NCBI GenBank assembly: GCA_947493745.1
Contig: CANLSM010000001.1
Coordinates: forward strand, 89,913-153,912
Source of the DNA: an uncultured Rhodobacteraceae bacterium
GTDB lineage: Bacteria; Pseudomonadota; Alphaproteobacteria; Rhodobacterales; Rhodobacteraceae
Length of the DNA: 64,000 nt
Direction: 5' to 3'
The notes under the pieces were generated by a model, which saw nothing but the letters and a program-made list of their open reading frames with translations, ran no database searches and was not told where the DNA came from. Each line of letters starts with the position of its first letter. The stretch's first letter is position 1. Below are positions 1-11,221 of this stretch, piece by piece. Made by a program: the position numbers and the translations under genes.

Positions 1-736
1 CCCCCTTGACTGCGTTGATCGACATCATCGCGGCCGCGATATCCGTGTCGAGCTTGCCGTATACCGGCGCGCCGAGACCTGCGGGCGCACCCTTGGCTGT
101 CACTTCGATCACCGCGCCGACCGAGTTGCCCGATTTTCGCAGATTATCAAGATATCCGACCCATTTTTCTGCTGCCTGTGCGTCGGGGGTCCAGAACGGA
201 TTCTGTGCAATCTGGGCTGCGTCGAACCGGTCCCGGTCAATCTGATGCGGTCCCATCTGAACCATGTAACCGGTGATCACGAGGTCAGGCACTATCTGTG
301 CCAGCACAGCCCGCGCCAATCCGCCCGCCGCAACCCGCGCAGCAGTCTCGCGCGCGGATGAGCGCCCGCCACCACGATAGTCCCGGATCCCGTATTTCTG
401 GTAGTAGGTGATGTCCGCATGGCCCGGGCGGAACTTGTCCACGATCTCGGAATAGTCTTTCGAGCGCTGATCGGTGTTGCGGATCATCAATTGCACCGGT
501 GTTCCGGTCGTTTGCCCCTCGAAGACCCCGGACAGGATCTCGACCTGATCAGGCTCCCGGCGCTGAGTGGTGTACTTGTTCTGCCCCGGCTTGCGCTTGT
601 CGAGCCAGTGCTGGAGCATCGCCTCGGTGATCTCGACCCCCGGCGGGCAGCCGTCAACCGTCGCACCCAGCGCAGGCCCGTGGCTCTCACCCCAGGTGGT
701 GACCCGGAACAGATGGCCGAAACTGTTGATCGACAT
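1..736 (-). CDS. aroC: chorismate synthase (C-terminal part lies beyond the window edge)
   Basis: Minus-strand ORF starting at ATG 736..734 and running off the left edge, so it is absent from the ORF track. Hand translation [33 protein letters not shown]...[17 protein letters not shown] matches the conserved AroC N-terminus. Confidence 0.9.
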   Translation of the reverse strand, partial: MSINSFGHLFRVTTWGESHGPALGATVDGCPPGVEITEAMLQHWLDKRKPGQNKYTTQRREPDQVEILSGVFEGQTTGTPVQLMIRNTDQRSKDYSEIVDKFRPGHADITYYQKYGIRDYRGGGRSSARETAARVAAGGLARAVLAQIVPDLVITGYMVQMGPHQIDRDRFDAAQIAQNPFWTPDAQAAEKWVGYLDNLRKSGNSVGAVIEVTAKGAPAGLGAPVYGKLDTDIAAAMMSINAVKG

Positions 737-800
737 AAGCTGTGCTCCCGAAAACTCCGGCGCATGAGTATCGCAGCCGCCGGGTAAGGAAAAGAGGCAT

Positions 801-826
801 AAAAAAACGGGCCGCAAAGGGCCCGT
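801..826 (-). terminator. rho-independent terminator after petC
   Basis: Minus strand reads ACGGGCC-CTTTGC-GGCCCGT followed by TTTTTTT, 25 nt downstream of the petC stop. Confidence 0.75.
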
Positions 827-850
827 CTCTGATCGTCTGGAAGGCCCGGA

Positions 851-1708
851 TTACTCCGGCTTCTTGCCCTTGACCCTTGCCCAGATCTTCTTGTTGGTCA
901 GGTAGAGCAGGACAGTCAGAAGGCCGAGGAAAAGCACCGAGAGCAGCCCGGACTGTTTGCGGCTGTCCATATGCGGCTCTGCTGTCCACATCAGGAAGGC
1001 GGCGACATCCTTAGAGACCTCCTCCAGCTCGGTCGAGGACCCATCCGCATATTCGACATCATCGCCGTAGAGCGGCTGACCCATGGCGATCCAGCTGCCC
1101 TCGATCGTGGAGTGCCCGTCTTCGTCCTTGCAGCTATCGGGGATGCCACCGGCTGTGAAGTAGAGGTTGTACTGACCGTCCATATCGGCATCGGCTGCAC
1201 ATTCGGGCGGATCGATATAGCCATGCCCGAGCAGGTTCGCGATGTATTCAGGTCCACCCATGCCCTTGAGGAACTGGTTGATGCCGGTCCCCATCGGTCC
1301 GTGGAAGCCCGCACGCGCTTTGGCCATCAGGCTGAGGTCAGGCGCCCCGGCACCGTCGTTGACGGGGAACTTGTCGGACGGGATGGCCAGACGTTCGTCG
1401 CCCGGCTGTGCTTCCAGTCCGTCATCGGGAACAAAAATGCCGACATCGGCGATGTAGGCGCGCACCTGAGCATCCGTGTAGCCGAGATCTTCGAGCGCAC
1501 GCAGCGGCACGTATTGCAGGCCATGACAGCTGGCGCAAATCTCGGTGTAGACCTGCAGACCGCGTTGCAGCTGCATCTTGTCGTAGGACCCGAACGGACC
1601 CTCGAAGGAGAAGCTGTAATCCTCCAGATGCGCACCACCGCCGCCGGCAGCAAGAGCGGCTGTACCGAGGCATGTGGACAGGCCGAGGGAAAGCAGAAGT
1701 TTTTTCAT
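851..1708 (-). CDS. petC: cytochrome c1 of the bc1 complex
   Basis: CASCH haem-c motif and C-terminal TM anchor. ORF-track N-terminus trimmed to the MKKLLLSLGL signal peptide (ATG at 1708). Lies 11 nt after petB. Confidence 0.9.
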   Translation of the reverse strand: MKKLLLSLGLSTCLGTAALAAGGGGAHLEDYSFSFEGPFGSYDKMQLQRGLQVYTEICASCHGLQYVPLRALEDLGYTDAQVRAYIADVGIFVPDDGLEAQPGDERLAIPSDKFPVNDGAGAPDLSLMAKARAGFHGPMGTGINQFLKGMGGPEYIANLLGHGYIDPPECAADADMDGQYNLYFTAGGIPDSCKDEDGHSTIEGSWIAMGQPLYGDDVEYADGSSTELEEVSKDVAAFLMWTAEPHMDSRKQSGLLSVLFLGLLTVLLYLTNKKIWARVKGKKPE

Positions 1709-1719
1709 TGTTCCGGTCC

Positions 1720-3066
1720 TCACTCTGCCGGTTCCATGGCGCCGGAAGCACCGCCGTCGTCTTTGGGCGGATAATGGGCGTTGAAGTCTTCCTCGATGGT
1801 GGCGGGCTGGGGCAGCGGTTTCTCCATCACACCCAGGATCGGCAGGATGATCAGGAAATAGCCAAACCAGTAGGCCGAAGCGATCAGCGAGATCGTCGCG
1901 AACGGTTCTTCCGCAGGCATAGCACCGCACCACATCAGGACGAAGAAATCGACCACCAGAAGCGCGAACCACCATTTGAACTGTGGCCGGAAACGCCCCG
2001 AGCGCACATTCGAGGTATCAAGCCACGGCGTCAACGCCATCACCGCGATAGAGCCGAACATGGCCAGCACACCGAAGAACTTGGCGTCAATGATGCCGCC
2101 TGTGATGAAGCTGGCGAACTGCACGATCCAGACATCCGCCGTAAAGGCCCGCAGGATCGCGTAGAACGGCAGGAAGTACCATTCGGGCACGATATGCGCA
2201 GGTGTTGCGAGCGGGTTCGCCTCGATGTAGTTGTCCGGGTGGCCCAGATAGTTCGGCATGAAACCCACGATGGCCGCGAAGATCACGAGGATCAGAACCA
2301 GCGCAAACAGGTCCTTGATCACGAAGTACGGCCAGAAGGGCAGCGTATCGGCCTCGGCCTCTTTCTTCGAGGTCCGGCGTACTTCGACCCCTGTGGGGTT
2401 GTTGTTGCCGGTGGTGTGGAACGCCCAGATATGGACGATCACGAGACCCGCAATAACAAACGGCAGCAGATAGTGCAGCGAGAAGAACCGTGTCAGCGTG
2501 TAATTGCCAACCGCTGGTCCGCCCAGTAGCCAAGTCTGCAGGCTTTCACCAATGCCCGGCACCGCTCCGAAAAGACCGGTGATCACGGTCGCACCCCAGA
2601 AGGACATCTGACCCCATGGAAGTACGTAGCCCATGAAGGCGGTGGCCATCATCAGCAGGTAGATGAGCATGCCGATGATCCACGTTATTTCGCGCGGGGC
2701 CTTGTAGGACCCGTAATAGAGACCGCGGAAGATATGGGCATAGACCGCAACAAAGAAGAGCGACGCGCCGTTCATGTGAACATAGCGCAGGATATGACCG
2801 CCATTAACATCGCGCATGATGTGCTCGATCGAGGCAAAGGCCATCGACGTGTCCGGCGTATAGTGCATGACCAGCACGATGCCAGTGATGATCTGAAGCG
2901 CCAGACAGAAGGTCAGTACGATGCCCCAGATCCACATCCAGTTGAGGTTCTTGGGCGTCGGGATCGTCAGCGTGGAATGCAGAAGACCCAGGATCGGAAG
3001 CCTGCTTTCGACCCACTTTTCAGCGTTCGACTTCGGCTCGTAACTATCGTGTGGGATGCCACCCAT
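1720..3066 (-). CDS. petB: cytochrome b
   Basis: 448-aa polytopic protein with cytochrome b hallmarks ([26 protein letters not shown]), located between the Rieske and c1 genes. Confidence 0.95.
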   Translation of the reverse strand: MGGIPHDSYEPKSNAEKWVESRLPILGLLHSTLTIPTPKNLNWMWIWGIVLTFCLALQIITGIVLVMHYTPDTSMAFASIEHIMRDVNGGHILRYVHMNGASLFFVAVYAHIFRGLYYGSYKAPREITWIIGMLIYLLMMATAFMGYVLPWGQMSFWGATVITGLFGAVPGIGESLQTWLLGGPAVGNYTLTRFFSLHYLLPFVIAGLVIVHIWAFHTTGNNNPTGVEVRRTSKKEAEADTLPFWPYFVIKDLFALVLILVIFAAIVGFMPNYLGHPDNYIEANPLATPAHIVPEWYFLPFYAILRAFTADVWIVQFASFITGGIIDAKFFGVLAMFGSIAVMALTPWLDTSNVRSGRFRPQFKWWFALLVVDFFVLMWCGAMPAEEPFATISLIASAYWFGYFLIILPILGVMEKPLPQPATIEEDFNAHYPPKDDGGASGAMEPAE

Positions 3067-3078
3067 GATGTCTCTCCC

Positions 3079-3639
3079 TTATCCGAGCTTGATGACCGTG
3101 TCCGAGATAAACTCGGCCACCGGAACAGGCAGGTTGGTTGGGGCAGGACCTTTGCGGATGCGGCCAGCCATATCGTAATGCGATCCGTGGCACGGGCAGA
3201 ACCAGCCACCGAAATCGCCCGCGTCGCCCAGTGGCACACAGCCCAGATGGGTACAGACACCGATCATCACCAGCCACTCGCCATTCTCGTCGAGCGCCCG
3301 GTTCTCGTCCGTGGCAAGCGCATCATCGGCGATGTTGGCGTTCTCCGCCCCAGGATCGGGCAATGTCGAGACATCATCAGCGCGTGCGGCAGCGATCTCG
3401 GCCTCTGTGCGGCGACGGATGAAGACGGGCTTGCCGAGCCAGAGAGCGGTGATCTGGCCGCCCGGCTCAAGACCACTGACATCGACCTGGATGGAGGACA
3501 GTGCCTGAACATCCGCGCTCGGGTTCATCTGATCAACCAGCAGCCAGCCCGCGGCACCGACCGCGACGGCCCCGGTAGCACCCGTTGCGACATAGAGGAA
3601 ATCGCGGCGTGTGCCTTCCTCGACTTCTGTTTGGGACAT
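3079..3639 (-). CDS. petA: ubiquinol-cytochrome c reductase Rieske Fe-S subunit
   Basis: CTHLGC and CPCHGS 2Fe-2S boxes and a Tat-like RRDFLY. Start trimmed to MSQTEVEEG (ATG at 3639). Confidence 0.95.
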   Translation of the reverse strand: MSQTEVEEGTRRDFLYVATGATGAVAVGAAGWLLVDQMNPSADVQALSSIQVDVSGLEPGGQITALWLGKPVFIRRRTEAEIAAARADDVSTLPDPGAENANIADDALATDENRALDENGEWLVMIGVCTHLGCVPLGDAGDFGGWFCPCHGSHYDMAGRIRKGPAPTNLPVPVAEFISDTVIKLG

Positions 3640-3799
3640 GGGTACGTTTCTCCCTTGTGTCCGCCCTCTTCTTGAAGGGGCTGAAATTCCTGTACGGGCC
3701 GCATGCGCAGCACCTCGCCGAACCTGATAGCCCGACTGCAACTATTGGTCCAGCGGACTTTGCGACGCAGTCTGGTAAACGCGAAAGGGTAAAGGAAGT

Positions 3800-4246
3800 A
3801 TGATACGGCTTGCAGCCTATCAGCCGGATATCGCGCCAAATCTCGGATCGATGATTCGCCTCTGCGCCTGCATGGACGTTCCACTGGATGTGATCGAGCC
3901 TTGCGGCTTTCCGTTTTCGGTCAAGGCGCTGCGGCGGGCAGCGATGGATTACGCCGACCTGGCTGACCTCACCCGACATGATGACTGGACGGCGTTTCAG
4001 AACCTGCGCCCGGCGGGGCGACTTGTTCTGCTGACAACATCCGGGGCAGAGAGGCTCTGGGATTTCACGTTTGAGCCCGGGGATGTCTTGCTCATGGGAC
4101 GGGAAACCGCCGGAGTGCCGGACGAGATTGCACGATCCACAGACGCACGCATCAGAATTCCGATGCCCGGTGAAGGACGTTCACTGAATGTCGCCATGAG
4201 CGCAGGAATTGCAGTCTCCGAGGCGTTGCGGCAGTTATCCCGCTGA
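3800..4246 (+). CDS. trmL: tRNA 2'-O-methyltransferase, SpoU/TrmL family
   Basis: 148 aa with SpoU-TrmL-like sequence (LLMGRETAGVP...IRIPM...RSLNVAMSAGIAVSEALRQ). Confidence 0.8.
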   Translation: MIRLAAYQPDIAPNLGSMIRLCACMDVPLDVIEPCGFPFSVKALRRAAMDYADLADLTRHDDWTAFQNLRPAGRLVLLTTSGAERLWDFTFEPGDVLLMGRETAGVPDEIARSTDARIRIPMPGEGRSLNVAMSAGIAVSEALRQLSR

Positions 4247-4777
4247 AAGAAGCCGCCGGATCGTGCCAACCGCGTCCTCGGCCCGTTCGTCGAGATTGCT
4301 CCCGGCGACCGCTTCGATCATCGCTTCGAGATCTGGCAGGGCCGACGCACCCGCAAGACCGCGCAACCGCTTGGACAGCCTGCGCACAGCCTCATCCTTG
4401 GTTCCGCACTGCTGTGCGATCCAGCGACCAAAGGTGACGATCTCGCGCGCTTCCTGTTGATCGGTATCGAACTTGGATTGGGCCTGAATGATCAGCGTAT
4501 CAATCTGCTCCTGGGTCAAGGGACCCTGCAACTCGGCCACGGCCACGACAATTCCGGCACCTGCAAGCCGCGCATCGTCAATGCTGTCCGCAGGATGCAC
4601 GTTGTTGCGTCGCCGGAACCCGAAACGCCGCGCAGCCAGCCGGACATCATTTGCCATATCCGCGATATCGCCAATCGCGTCACGCGCATTGTTGATCCGC
4701 CAGTACCAGACACCCGCCGCAGCGAGCGCGCCCAGAATCATGACCAGAAACGGCATATCAAAATCCCTTGTCGCCAA
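4235..4777 (-). CDS. membrane-anchored hypothetical protein, possibly with a TerB/DjlA-N-like domain
   Basis: One N-terminal TM helix followed by a helical acidic domain. The family assignment is only an impression. Confidence 0.4.
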   Translation of the reverse strand: MATRDFDMPFLVMILGALAAAGVWYWRINNARDAIGDIADMANDVRLAARRFGFRRRNNVHPADSIDDARLAGAGIVVAVAELQGPLTQEQIDTLIIQAQSKFDTDQQEAREIVTFGRWIAQQCGTKDEAVRRLSKRLRGLAGASALPDLEAMIEAVAGSNLDERAEDAVGTIRRLLSAG

Positions 4778-4907
4778 TACCCGGCCGAAGTTTCAGCAAA
4801 AAATCCGGCATTTCAATGACACCACGTCACGTTTTGGCGAGACGTGATTGCCAAGTCACAGCATTGGCCGCATCTGTAGGGCCGAGCAAAGAACGGGATT
4901 CTTCAGA

Positions 4908-5708
4908 ATGATCACATCAAGACGGATCGTCCTTGGATTGATGGCCGCAGGTCTTGCCCTGCCAGCGCTGTCTGCACCGCGCTCAAGACTTATCGCTGGG
5001 GGATGGCAAAAGACCGGCAGATCAGGTGGCCCCGATCATGGGGCTTGGGACCAGATCCTTCGCAGCACCGTCGTGGCGGGTAGAGACGGAGTCAATCGCG
5101 TGCGCTACGGGTCTGTTCCTCTCGACCGTCTCAATGGGTATCTGCAGTCGATGGCGGCAACCGATCCGACCACACTCACCTCGGCTGCCGCCTTCAGTTA
5201 TTGGGTCAACCTCTACAATGCCTTGACCGTCAAGGTGGTGGCCGAAGCATATCCAATCAGCAGCATCCGCAAGATCGGCGGAGGTCTCTTCTCAGGTGGG
5301 CCATGGCAGACCAAGCTCATCACCATAAACGGGACCGCGCTTTCGCTCGACGATATCGAGCACGGTATCCTGCGCCCGGTCTGGCGCGATGCCCGGGTAC
5401 ACTATGCGGTGAACTGTGCCTCAATCGGCTGCCCGAACCTCGCGCCGCGCGCCTACCGGGCGGATCGGTTGAGCGATATGCTCAGGACCGCCGCAATCTC
5501 CTATGTCACGCACCCGCGCGGGGTAACCGCCACGGATCGTGGGCTGGTACTGTCCTCGATATATGACTGGTTCAAGGAAGATTTCGGCGGCACGGATGCT
5601 GGTGTTCTCAAGCATATCGAAGGGTTCCTGCCGCCGAAAACGTCGGCCTCTTTTCCCAATCCGAAGATCCTGAGATACGCATATGACTGGTCGCTGAACG
5701 ACGCCTAG
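4908..5708 (+). CDS. DUF547 domain-containing secreted protein
   Basis: [11 protein letters not shown] and [14 protein letters not shown] motifs typical of DUF547. Start trimmed to [23 protein letters not shown], a Tat/Sec-like signal. Confidence 0.7.
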   Translation: MITSRRIVLGLMAAGLALPALSAPRSRLIAGGWQKTGRSGGPDHGAWDQILRSTVVAGRDGVNRVRYGSVPLDRLNGYLQSMAATDPTTLTSAAAFSYWVNLYNALTVKVVAEAYPISSIRKIGGGLFSGGPWQTKLITINGTALSLDDIEHGILRPVWRDARVHYAVNCASIGCPNLAPRAYRADRLSDMLRTAAISYVTHPRGVTATDRGLVLSSIYDWFKEDFGGTDAGVLKHIEGFLPPKTSASFPNPKILRYAYDWSLNDA

Positions 5709-7630
5709 GCGCGTTTGGCACCGACGCTGGCCACGCCCATCACTTCAAGCACCTTGGCTTCGATATCCGGCGCATTCATCCCCGCCACCTCATACATCGA
5801 GGCCGGGCTGTCATGGTCGATGAACGTATCGGGGAAAACCATGGAGCGGAATTTCAGGCCTTTGTCAAAGACACCCTCGTCCGCCAGAAGCTGTGCGACA
5901 TGGCTGCCGAAGCCGCCAATGGCGCCTTCCTCAATGGTGATCAGCGCCTCGTGATCTGCGACCAGTTGCAGGATCAAGTCCCGGTCCAGCGGCTTGGCGA
6001 AGCGCGCATCCGCGATGGTCGGACTGATTCCCTTGGCCGACAGGCCCTCAGCGGCTTTCAGACATTCCGACAGACGGGCTCCGAAGCTGAGAATGGCAAC
6101 GCGCTTGCCCTCGGCCACGATCCGGCCTTTCCCGATCTCCAGAGGCTCACCCGCCTCGGGCATCTCGACGCCGACACCTTCGCCGCGCGGGAAACGGAAG
6201 GCAGACGGGCGATCATCAATCGCCGCCGCCGTGGCCACCATGTGCACCAGTTCCGCCTCATCCGCGGCGGCCATCACCACCATGTCCGGCAGGTTCGCGA
6301 GATAGGCAATATCGAAAGAGCCCGCATGGGTCGGACCGTCCGAGCCCACCAGCCCCGCCCGGTCAATCGCGAAACGCACCGGCAGCCGTTGCAAAGCCAC
6401 ATCATGCACGACCTGATCATAGCCGCGTTGCAGGAAAGTCGAGTAGATGGTGCAGAACGGCTTCAAGCCCCCTGCCGCCATGCCAGCGCTGAAGGTCACG
6501 CCATGCTGCTCGGCAATGCCGACATCGAATGTTCGCTCCGGGAACCGCTCGGCGAACAGATTGAGCCCGGTGCCTGAGGGCATTGCCGCCGTGACCGCCG
6601 TGATCAGCGGGTCGTTCTCGGCCTCCTTGATCAGGGATTGAGCAAAGACCTTGGTATAGCTCGGCGCATTGGAGGGGGATTTCTTCTGCTGGCCCGTGAC
6701 GACATCGAATTTCGCCGTCGCATGGCCCTTGTCGGAGGCCTGCTCGGCGGGTGCGAAACCCTTGCCCTTCTTCGTGATGGCGTGGATCAGGATCGGCCCG
6801 TCGGCCCGCGTCTTGACCGCACGCAGAACACCCAGAAGCTGGCTCATGTCATGACCGTCAATCGGACCGACATAGGAGAACCCGAGCTCCTCGAAAAGCG
6901 TGCCACCCACGGTCACTGACTTGACCAGTTCCTTAGCCCGCCGCGCGCCTTCCTGAAAAGGCCCCGGCAGCAGGCTGACAGCCCCCTTGGCAGCGGCTTT
7001 CAGTTCCTGGAACGGCGCACCTGCATAGAGGCGTGAAAGATAGGACGACATTGCGCCCACGGGCGGCGCAATCGACATCTCGTTGTCGTTCAGGATCACG
7101 ATCAGGCGCTTGTTCAGATGGCCCGCATTGTTCATCGCCTCATAGGCCATGCCAGCGCTCAGCGCGCCATCCCCGATCACGCAGATCGCATCCCCCAGCC
7201 CATGCTCGGGCGAGGCGCCCAGATCGCGCGCGACCGCAAAGCCAAGCCCGGCGGAGATCGAAGTTGAACTATGCGCGGCCCCGAACGGGTCATAGGGACT
7301 TTCCGTTCGCTTGGTGAAGCCCGACAAACCGCCGCCTGAACGCAGCGTGCGGATGCGATCCCGTCGCCCTGTCAGGATTTTATGGGGGTAGCATTGATGG
7401 CTGACATCCCAGATCAGTTTGTCCTGAGGCGTGTTGAAAACCGCATGGATGGCGACCGTCAACTCGACCACGCCAAGACCCGCACCAAGATGCCCTCCGG
7501 TCACGGAAACAGCCGAGATGGTCTCGACCCGCAACTCATCGGCCACTGTCTTCAGTTGCGCGTCCGAAAGGCCCTTCAGGTCTGCCGGAGTGTGAATGCG
7601 ATCAAGCAGCGGGGTTGTGGATTGGTCCAT
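5705..7630 (-). CDS. dxs: 1-deoxy-D-xylulose-5-phosphate synthase
   Basis: 641 aa. N-terminus [14 protein letters not shown] and TPP motif [18 protein letters not shown]. Last gene of an xseB-ispA-dxs arrangement. Confidence 0.95.
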   Translation of the reverse strand: MDQSTTPLLDRIHTPADLKGLSDAQLKTVADELRVETISAVSVTGGHLGAGLGVVELTVAIHAVFNTPQDKLIWDVSHQCYPHKILTGRRDRIRTLRSGGGLSGFTKRTESPYDPFGAAHSSTSISAGLGFAVARDLGASPEHGLGDAICVIGDGALSAGMAYEAMNNAGHLNKRLIVILNDNEMSIAPPVGAMSSYLSRLYAGAPFQELKAAAKGAVSLLPGPFQEGARRAKELVKSVTVGGTLFEELGFSYVGPIDGHDMSQLLGVLRAVKTRADGPILIHAITKKGKGFAPAEQASDKGHATAKFDVVTGQQKKSPSNAPSYTKVFAQSLIKEAENDPLITAVTAAMPSGTGLNLFAERFPERTFDVGIAEQHGVTFSAGMAAGGLKPFCTIYSTFLQRGYDQVVHDVALQRLPVRFAIDRAGLVGSDGPTHAGSFDIAYLANLPDMVVMAAADEAELVHMVATAAAIDDRPSAFRFPRGEGVGVEMPEAGEPLEIGKGRIVAEGKRVAILSFGARLSECLKAAEGLSAKGISPTIADARFAKPLDRDLILQLVADHEALITIEEGAIGGFGSHVAQLLADEGVFDKGLKFRSMVFPDTFIDHDSPASMYEVAGMNAPDIEAKVLEVMGVASVGAKRA

Positions 7631-7652
7631 TGTCAGCCTCCAGAACTGTCAA

Positions 7653-8543
7653 TCACGCCTTACGTTCAATACTGTAAATGGCCGCCATGCGCAAATTCTC
7701 GGCCGTTGAGCCATAAGGCTTCAGAACCTCGCAGGCCTCGTCAATCAGGGTCTTTGCCTTCGCCTTTGCGCCCTCCACCCCAAGAAGCGAGACAAAGGTT
7801 GCCTTTCCGGCACTGGCATCCTTGCGAAGCTCCTTGCCTGCCGCTTTGGGATCACCCTCGACATCCAGGATGTCATCGCTGATCTGAAAGGCAAGGCCCA
7901 GATTTCGCGCATATACGTGCAGATTTGCCGCATTGGACTTGCCCAGGATGGCCCCCGCCTCGACCGCATAGCTGATCAACGCGCCTGTCTTGAGATCCTG
8001 CAACGTCGTGATCTGGTCCAGCGTCAGCGGCGACGACGCATGTTCCGCCGCGATGTCGAGCGCCTGCCCACCGACCATTCCGGCGGCACCGGACGCCTGT
8101 GCAAGCCGCGTGATCAGTTTCAGACGCACATTGGGATCGGGGGCTGTCTGCGGGGCCGACAGGATCTCGAAGGCCAGCGTCTGCAACGCATCACCTGCCA
8201 GAATGGCCGTAGCTTCATCCCATTTCTTGTGAACTGTGGGCTTCCCGCGCCTCGTATCATCATTGTCCATGGCGGGAAGATCGTCATGGATAAGCGAATA
8301 GGCATGAATGCACTCGACCGCCGCCGCCGCCCGGTCCGCCTGAGAGGGGGGCGCGTTGAACAGACCCGCGGTTTCGATCAGGAGGAAGGCCCGCAAGCGC
8401 TTGCCTCCATTCAGCGTGCCATATCGCATGGCCTTGGCGACATCGACTTCGGTGCTCGGCAGCAGCATTTCCAACGCATCCTCGACCCGGGTCGCCGCCT
8501 GGGAGAGAACCGCGTGAAAGCGGAGCATGTCGATGTCCTTCAA
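7653..8543 (-). CDS. ispA: farnesyl/geranylgeranyl diphosphate synthase (polyprenyl synthetase)
   Basis: First and second Asp-rich motifs (LIHDDLPAMDNDDTRRG, FQISDDILD). Confidence 0.9.
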   Translation of the reverse strand: MKDIDMLRFHAVLSQAATRVEDALEMLLPSTEVDVAKAMRYGTLNGGKRLRAFLLIETAGLFNAPPSQADRAAAAVECIHAYSLIHDDLPAMDNDDTRRGKPTVHKKWDEATAILAGDALQTLAFEILSAPQTAPDPNVRLKLITRLAQASGAAGMVGGQALDIAAEHASSPLTLDQITTLQDLKTGALISYAVEAGAILGKSNAANLHVYARNLGLAFQISDDILDVEGDPKAAGKELRKDASAGKATFVSLLGVEGAKAKAKTLIDEACEVLKPYGSTAENLRMAAIYSIERKA

Positions 8544-8553
8544 GAGACCGCCT

Positions 8554-8796
8554 TCAGGTTATGTCGACCGGGGTCGCACCGGTTGCCGATCCGTCCGCAC
8601 CCTGCGTGATCTGGGCAACTTTTTCCTCGGCTTCCTTGAGTTTCTGCTCGCAATGCGCCTTCAAAGCCGCCCCGCGCTCATAAAGCGCGATGCTTTCCTC
8701 CAGCGGCACCTGACCCGATTCGAGCTGGCCGACGACGGTTTCAAGCGCGGCCATCGCCTCTTCAAAGGACATGTCCGTGACTTTTTTCTCGCTCAT
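8554..8796 (-). CDS. xseB: exodeoxyribonuclease VII small subunit
   Basis: 80 aa. FEEAMAALETVVGQLESGQVPLEESIALYERG is the typical XseB core. Confidence 0.9.
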   Translation of the reverse strand: MSEKKVTDMSFEEAMAALETVVGQLESGQVPLEESIALYERGAALKAHCEQKLKEAEEKVAQITQGADGSATGATPVDIT

Positions 8797-9728
8797 CTGC
8801 CTTCCTCCATCAAAACCTGCACATGGGCGGTGGTGCTGGCCGCAAGGGCTTGCAGATCATATCCACCCTCCAGTGTCGAGACAACGCGGCCCTTCGCATG
8901 GGTGCGGGCGAGCGCGCAAAGCTCCTGCGTGGCCCAGACGAAATCAGCCTCATCGAAATTGAGGTTGGCCAACGGATCTGCTCGATGCGCATCAAAACCG
9001 GCCGAGATGAAAACCATCTCAGGTGCAAAATCATCCAGTGCAGGCATGATATCGCGTTCCATCACGCGTCGGAATTCCGGCCCGCCCGCCCCGGCTGGCA
9101 ACGGCTTGTTCAGGATATTGCCATGTGCGCCGGTCTCATGAGTGCCACCCGTGCCGGGATAGAGTGGCGCCTGATGCGTGGACGCAAAAAGAATGCGCGC
9201 ATCATCCCAGACCAGATCCTGCGTGCCATTGCCGTGATGAACGTCGAAATCAACAATCGCGACCCGCGACAGGCCGTGATGGTCCATCGCATGCCGTGCG
9301 CCGATCACCACATTGCCGAAGAAGCAGAAACCCATGGCGGTGGTCGCCTCCGCATGATGGCCCGGCGGGCGAACGGCGCAAAAGGCATTCTGCGCCGCAC
9401 CCGACATGACAGCATCAACGGCTGCAATCTGTGCACCGGCCCCACGCAAGGCGGCCCTCAGCGATCCCGGCGACAGGAAGGTGTCGGGATCGACGGCGGC
9501 CAGACCGTCGCCCGGGACCAGCGCCTCAACCGCATCAATATGGGATTGCGGATGGGCGAGACGCAGATGTTCCGGCTCGGCCAATGGGGCCTCATGCCGG
9601 TCAAGACCGGCGAATTCGGGCGCATCAAATGCACGCAGGATCACTTCCAGCCGGGCCACCCGTTCGGGATGTCCGTCGGGTGTGACATGTTCAAGGCAGT
9701 CGGGATGGGTGAAGAGCGCGGTTGTCAT
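8793..9728 (-). CDS. histone deacetylase-family amidohydrolase
   Basis: RPPGHHAE and DFDVHHGNGTQ motifs. 4-nt overlap with xseB. Confidence 0.85.
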   Translation of the reverse strand: MTTALFTHPDCLEHVTPDGHPERVARLEVILRAFDAPEFAGLDRHEAPLAEPEHLRLAHPQSHIDAVEALVPGDGLAAVDPDTFLSPGSLRAALRGAGAQIAAVDAVMSGAAQNAFCAVRPPGHHAEATTAMGFCFFGNVVIGARHAMDHHGLSRVAIVDFDVHHGNGTQDLVWDDARILFASTHQAPLYPGTGGTHETGAHGNILNKPLPAGAGGPEFRRVMERDIMPALDDFAPEMVFISAGFDAHRADPLANLNFDEADFVWATQELCALARTHAKGRVVSTLEGGYDLQALAASTTAHVQVLMEEGR

Positions 9729-9838
9729 GCCCTCTGCTTACCCCCAGACGCCGCGCGCAACAAGTATCCCGATAAAACAGGCACTTGCCCAGCAGGGCGT
9801 GGTCATCCTACCAGTGAGACCACAACAGCCAGACAGGG

Positions 9839-10300
9839 ATGGCCATGCGCCGATTTGGAAACAGCCCGCGCCGGGATCAGCACTATACGGCCAGACCCGG
9901 CGCCTATGGTGTCATTCTGTCCGGGTCCAAGCTGCTTCTGACCTTCGAGGACGCGACCGAGCCGGAGATACAGCTTCCCGGCGGCGGCATCGATCCCGGC
10001 GAGGGGCCTGTGCAGGCGCTCCATCGCGAGGTGTTCGAGGAGACCGGGTGGTCAATCCGCGTGCTCCATCGCCTCGGCGTCTATCAGCGCTACACCTACA
10101 TGCCGGACTACGATCTCTGGGCGCGCAAGATCTGTCATATCTATTTGTGCCAAACAGGGCTCAGACACTCTGCCCCGCTGGAGGCCCATCACACCGCGAT
10201 GCTGGTTGACCGAAGCGAGGCCCCACATCTGCTGACCAATTCTGGGGACGGGCACTTCACGGCACGCGCCCTAGCCCGAGACCCAGGCAATCGTCAGTGA
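9839..10300 (+). CDS. NUDIX hydrolase
   Basis: Nudix box GGGIDPGEGPVQALHREVFEETG. Confidence 0.85.
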   Translation: MAMRRFGNSPRRDQHYTARPGAYGVILSGSKLLLTFEDATEPEIQLPGGGIDPGEGPVQALHREVFEETGWSIRVLHRLGVYQRYTYMPDYDLWARKICHIYLCQTGLRHSAPLEAHHTAMLVDRSEAPHLLTNSGDGHFTARALARDPGNRQ

Positions 10301-11197
10301 CAGGGTTGCCACGCTTACTATTGTCGAGATCAGAATGGTCGACGACACCCGCGCGGGCGCCACGGCATAGTGTTGCGCGATAATATAGACATTGCCCGCC
10401 GTTGGCATGGCGGCACAGGCGATCATCACACCGGCGGCGAAGGGCTCCACGTCAAAGACCAGCAATGCCAGAACGGCAATTGCGGCGGGATGCAGGATCA
10501 GCTTGGCGGAGGAAAGCCAGACCGCGACGCTCACCCGCTCCGCTGATTTATCCGCCAGCGACGCCCCGATGGCAAAGAGCGCGCATGGTGTCGCGGCAGC
10601 GCCTAGCAGCGTCAGGAAATCCTCCATCGGAGCCGGGATCGGCAGGCCAAGCATCGCCCATGACAACCCGGCCGCCATCGAGACAATCATCGGGTTTCGG
10701 ATCAGACCCAGCCCGATGGTGCGCAGAACCGGCAAACCGGGTCCGCCTTCGCGACTTCCGGTGATCAGAATGACAACCAGCGAGCCGAAAAAGATCAGAT
10801 CGACGCTCAGCAGCAGCAAAAGCGGCCCGGCCGCCGCTTCGCCTATCAGCAGGACCAGCATGGGCAGGCCCAGAAATCCGATATTGCCGATGACGGCGCT
10901 TTGGGCCTCGATCGCGGCTTCGGCCACACTGACACCGCGCATCATGGCGACGATCGTGACCAGCAGATAGACCGCCAGCGTCCCGAGCGCATAGGCAAGC
11001 ACGAAATCGAGATCGAAAAGCTGCGCCAGGGACAGGCTTGAGGCAAAGCGGAAGAGCATCGCCGACAGCGCAAAGTAGAACACGAACCTGGTAAGATGCA
11101 CGACCGCCCGCCCTGCAAACACACCCGTCCGTGCCGCGCCGTATCCACACAGGATAAGGGCGAAGAACGGCAGTGTCTGAAGGAAAATCGCGGTCAC
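10271..11197 (-). CDS. AEC (auxin efflux carrier) family transporter
   Basis: 308-aa protein with about 10 TM segments and an AEC-like N-terminus (LPFFALILCGY). Confidence 0.7.
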   Translation of the reverse strand: MTAIFLQTLPFFALILCGYGAARTGVFAGRAVVHLTRFVFYFALSAMLFRFASSLSLAQLFDLDFVLAYALGTLAVYLLVTIVAMMRGVSVAEAAIEAQSAVIGNIGFLGLPMLVLLIGEAAAGPLLLLLSVDLIFFGSLVVILITGSREGGPGLPVLRTIGLGLIRNPMIVSMAAGLSWAMLGLPIPAPMEDFLTLLGAAATPCALFAIGASLADKSAERVSVAVWLSSAKLILHPAAIAVLALLVFDVEPFAAGVMIACAAMPTAGNVYIIAQHYAVAPARVSSTILISTIVSVATLSLTIAWVSG

Positions 11198-11221
11198 GCC
11201 CTGCGCTTCAGAAGCCCTGCT

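Noticed and set aside
851-1975. Extended N-termini given by the ORF track. Examples are petC to 1975, petA to 3741, adhC to 12358, flgI to 17996, betA from 43445, puuD to 48076, allA from 51625, and the response regulator from 35814.
   Set aside because: The extensions are Arg-rich, overlap the upstream gene or promoter, and precede an obvious signal peptide or conserved N-terminus. Starts were trimmed to the internal ATG, or to a TTG for flgI.
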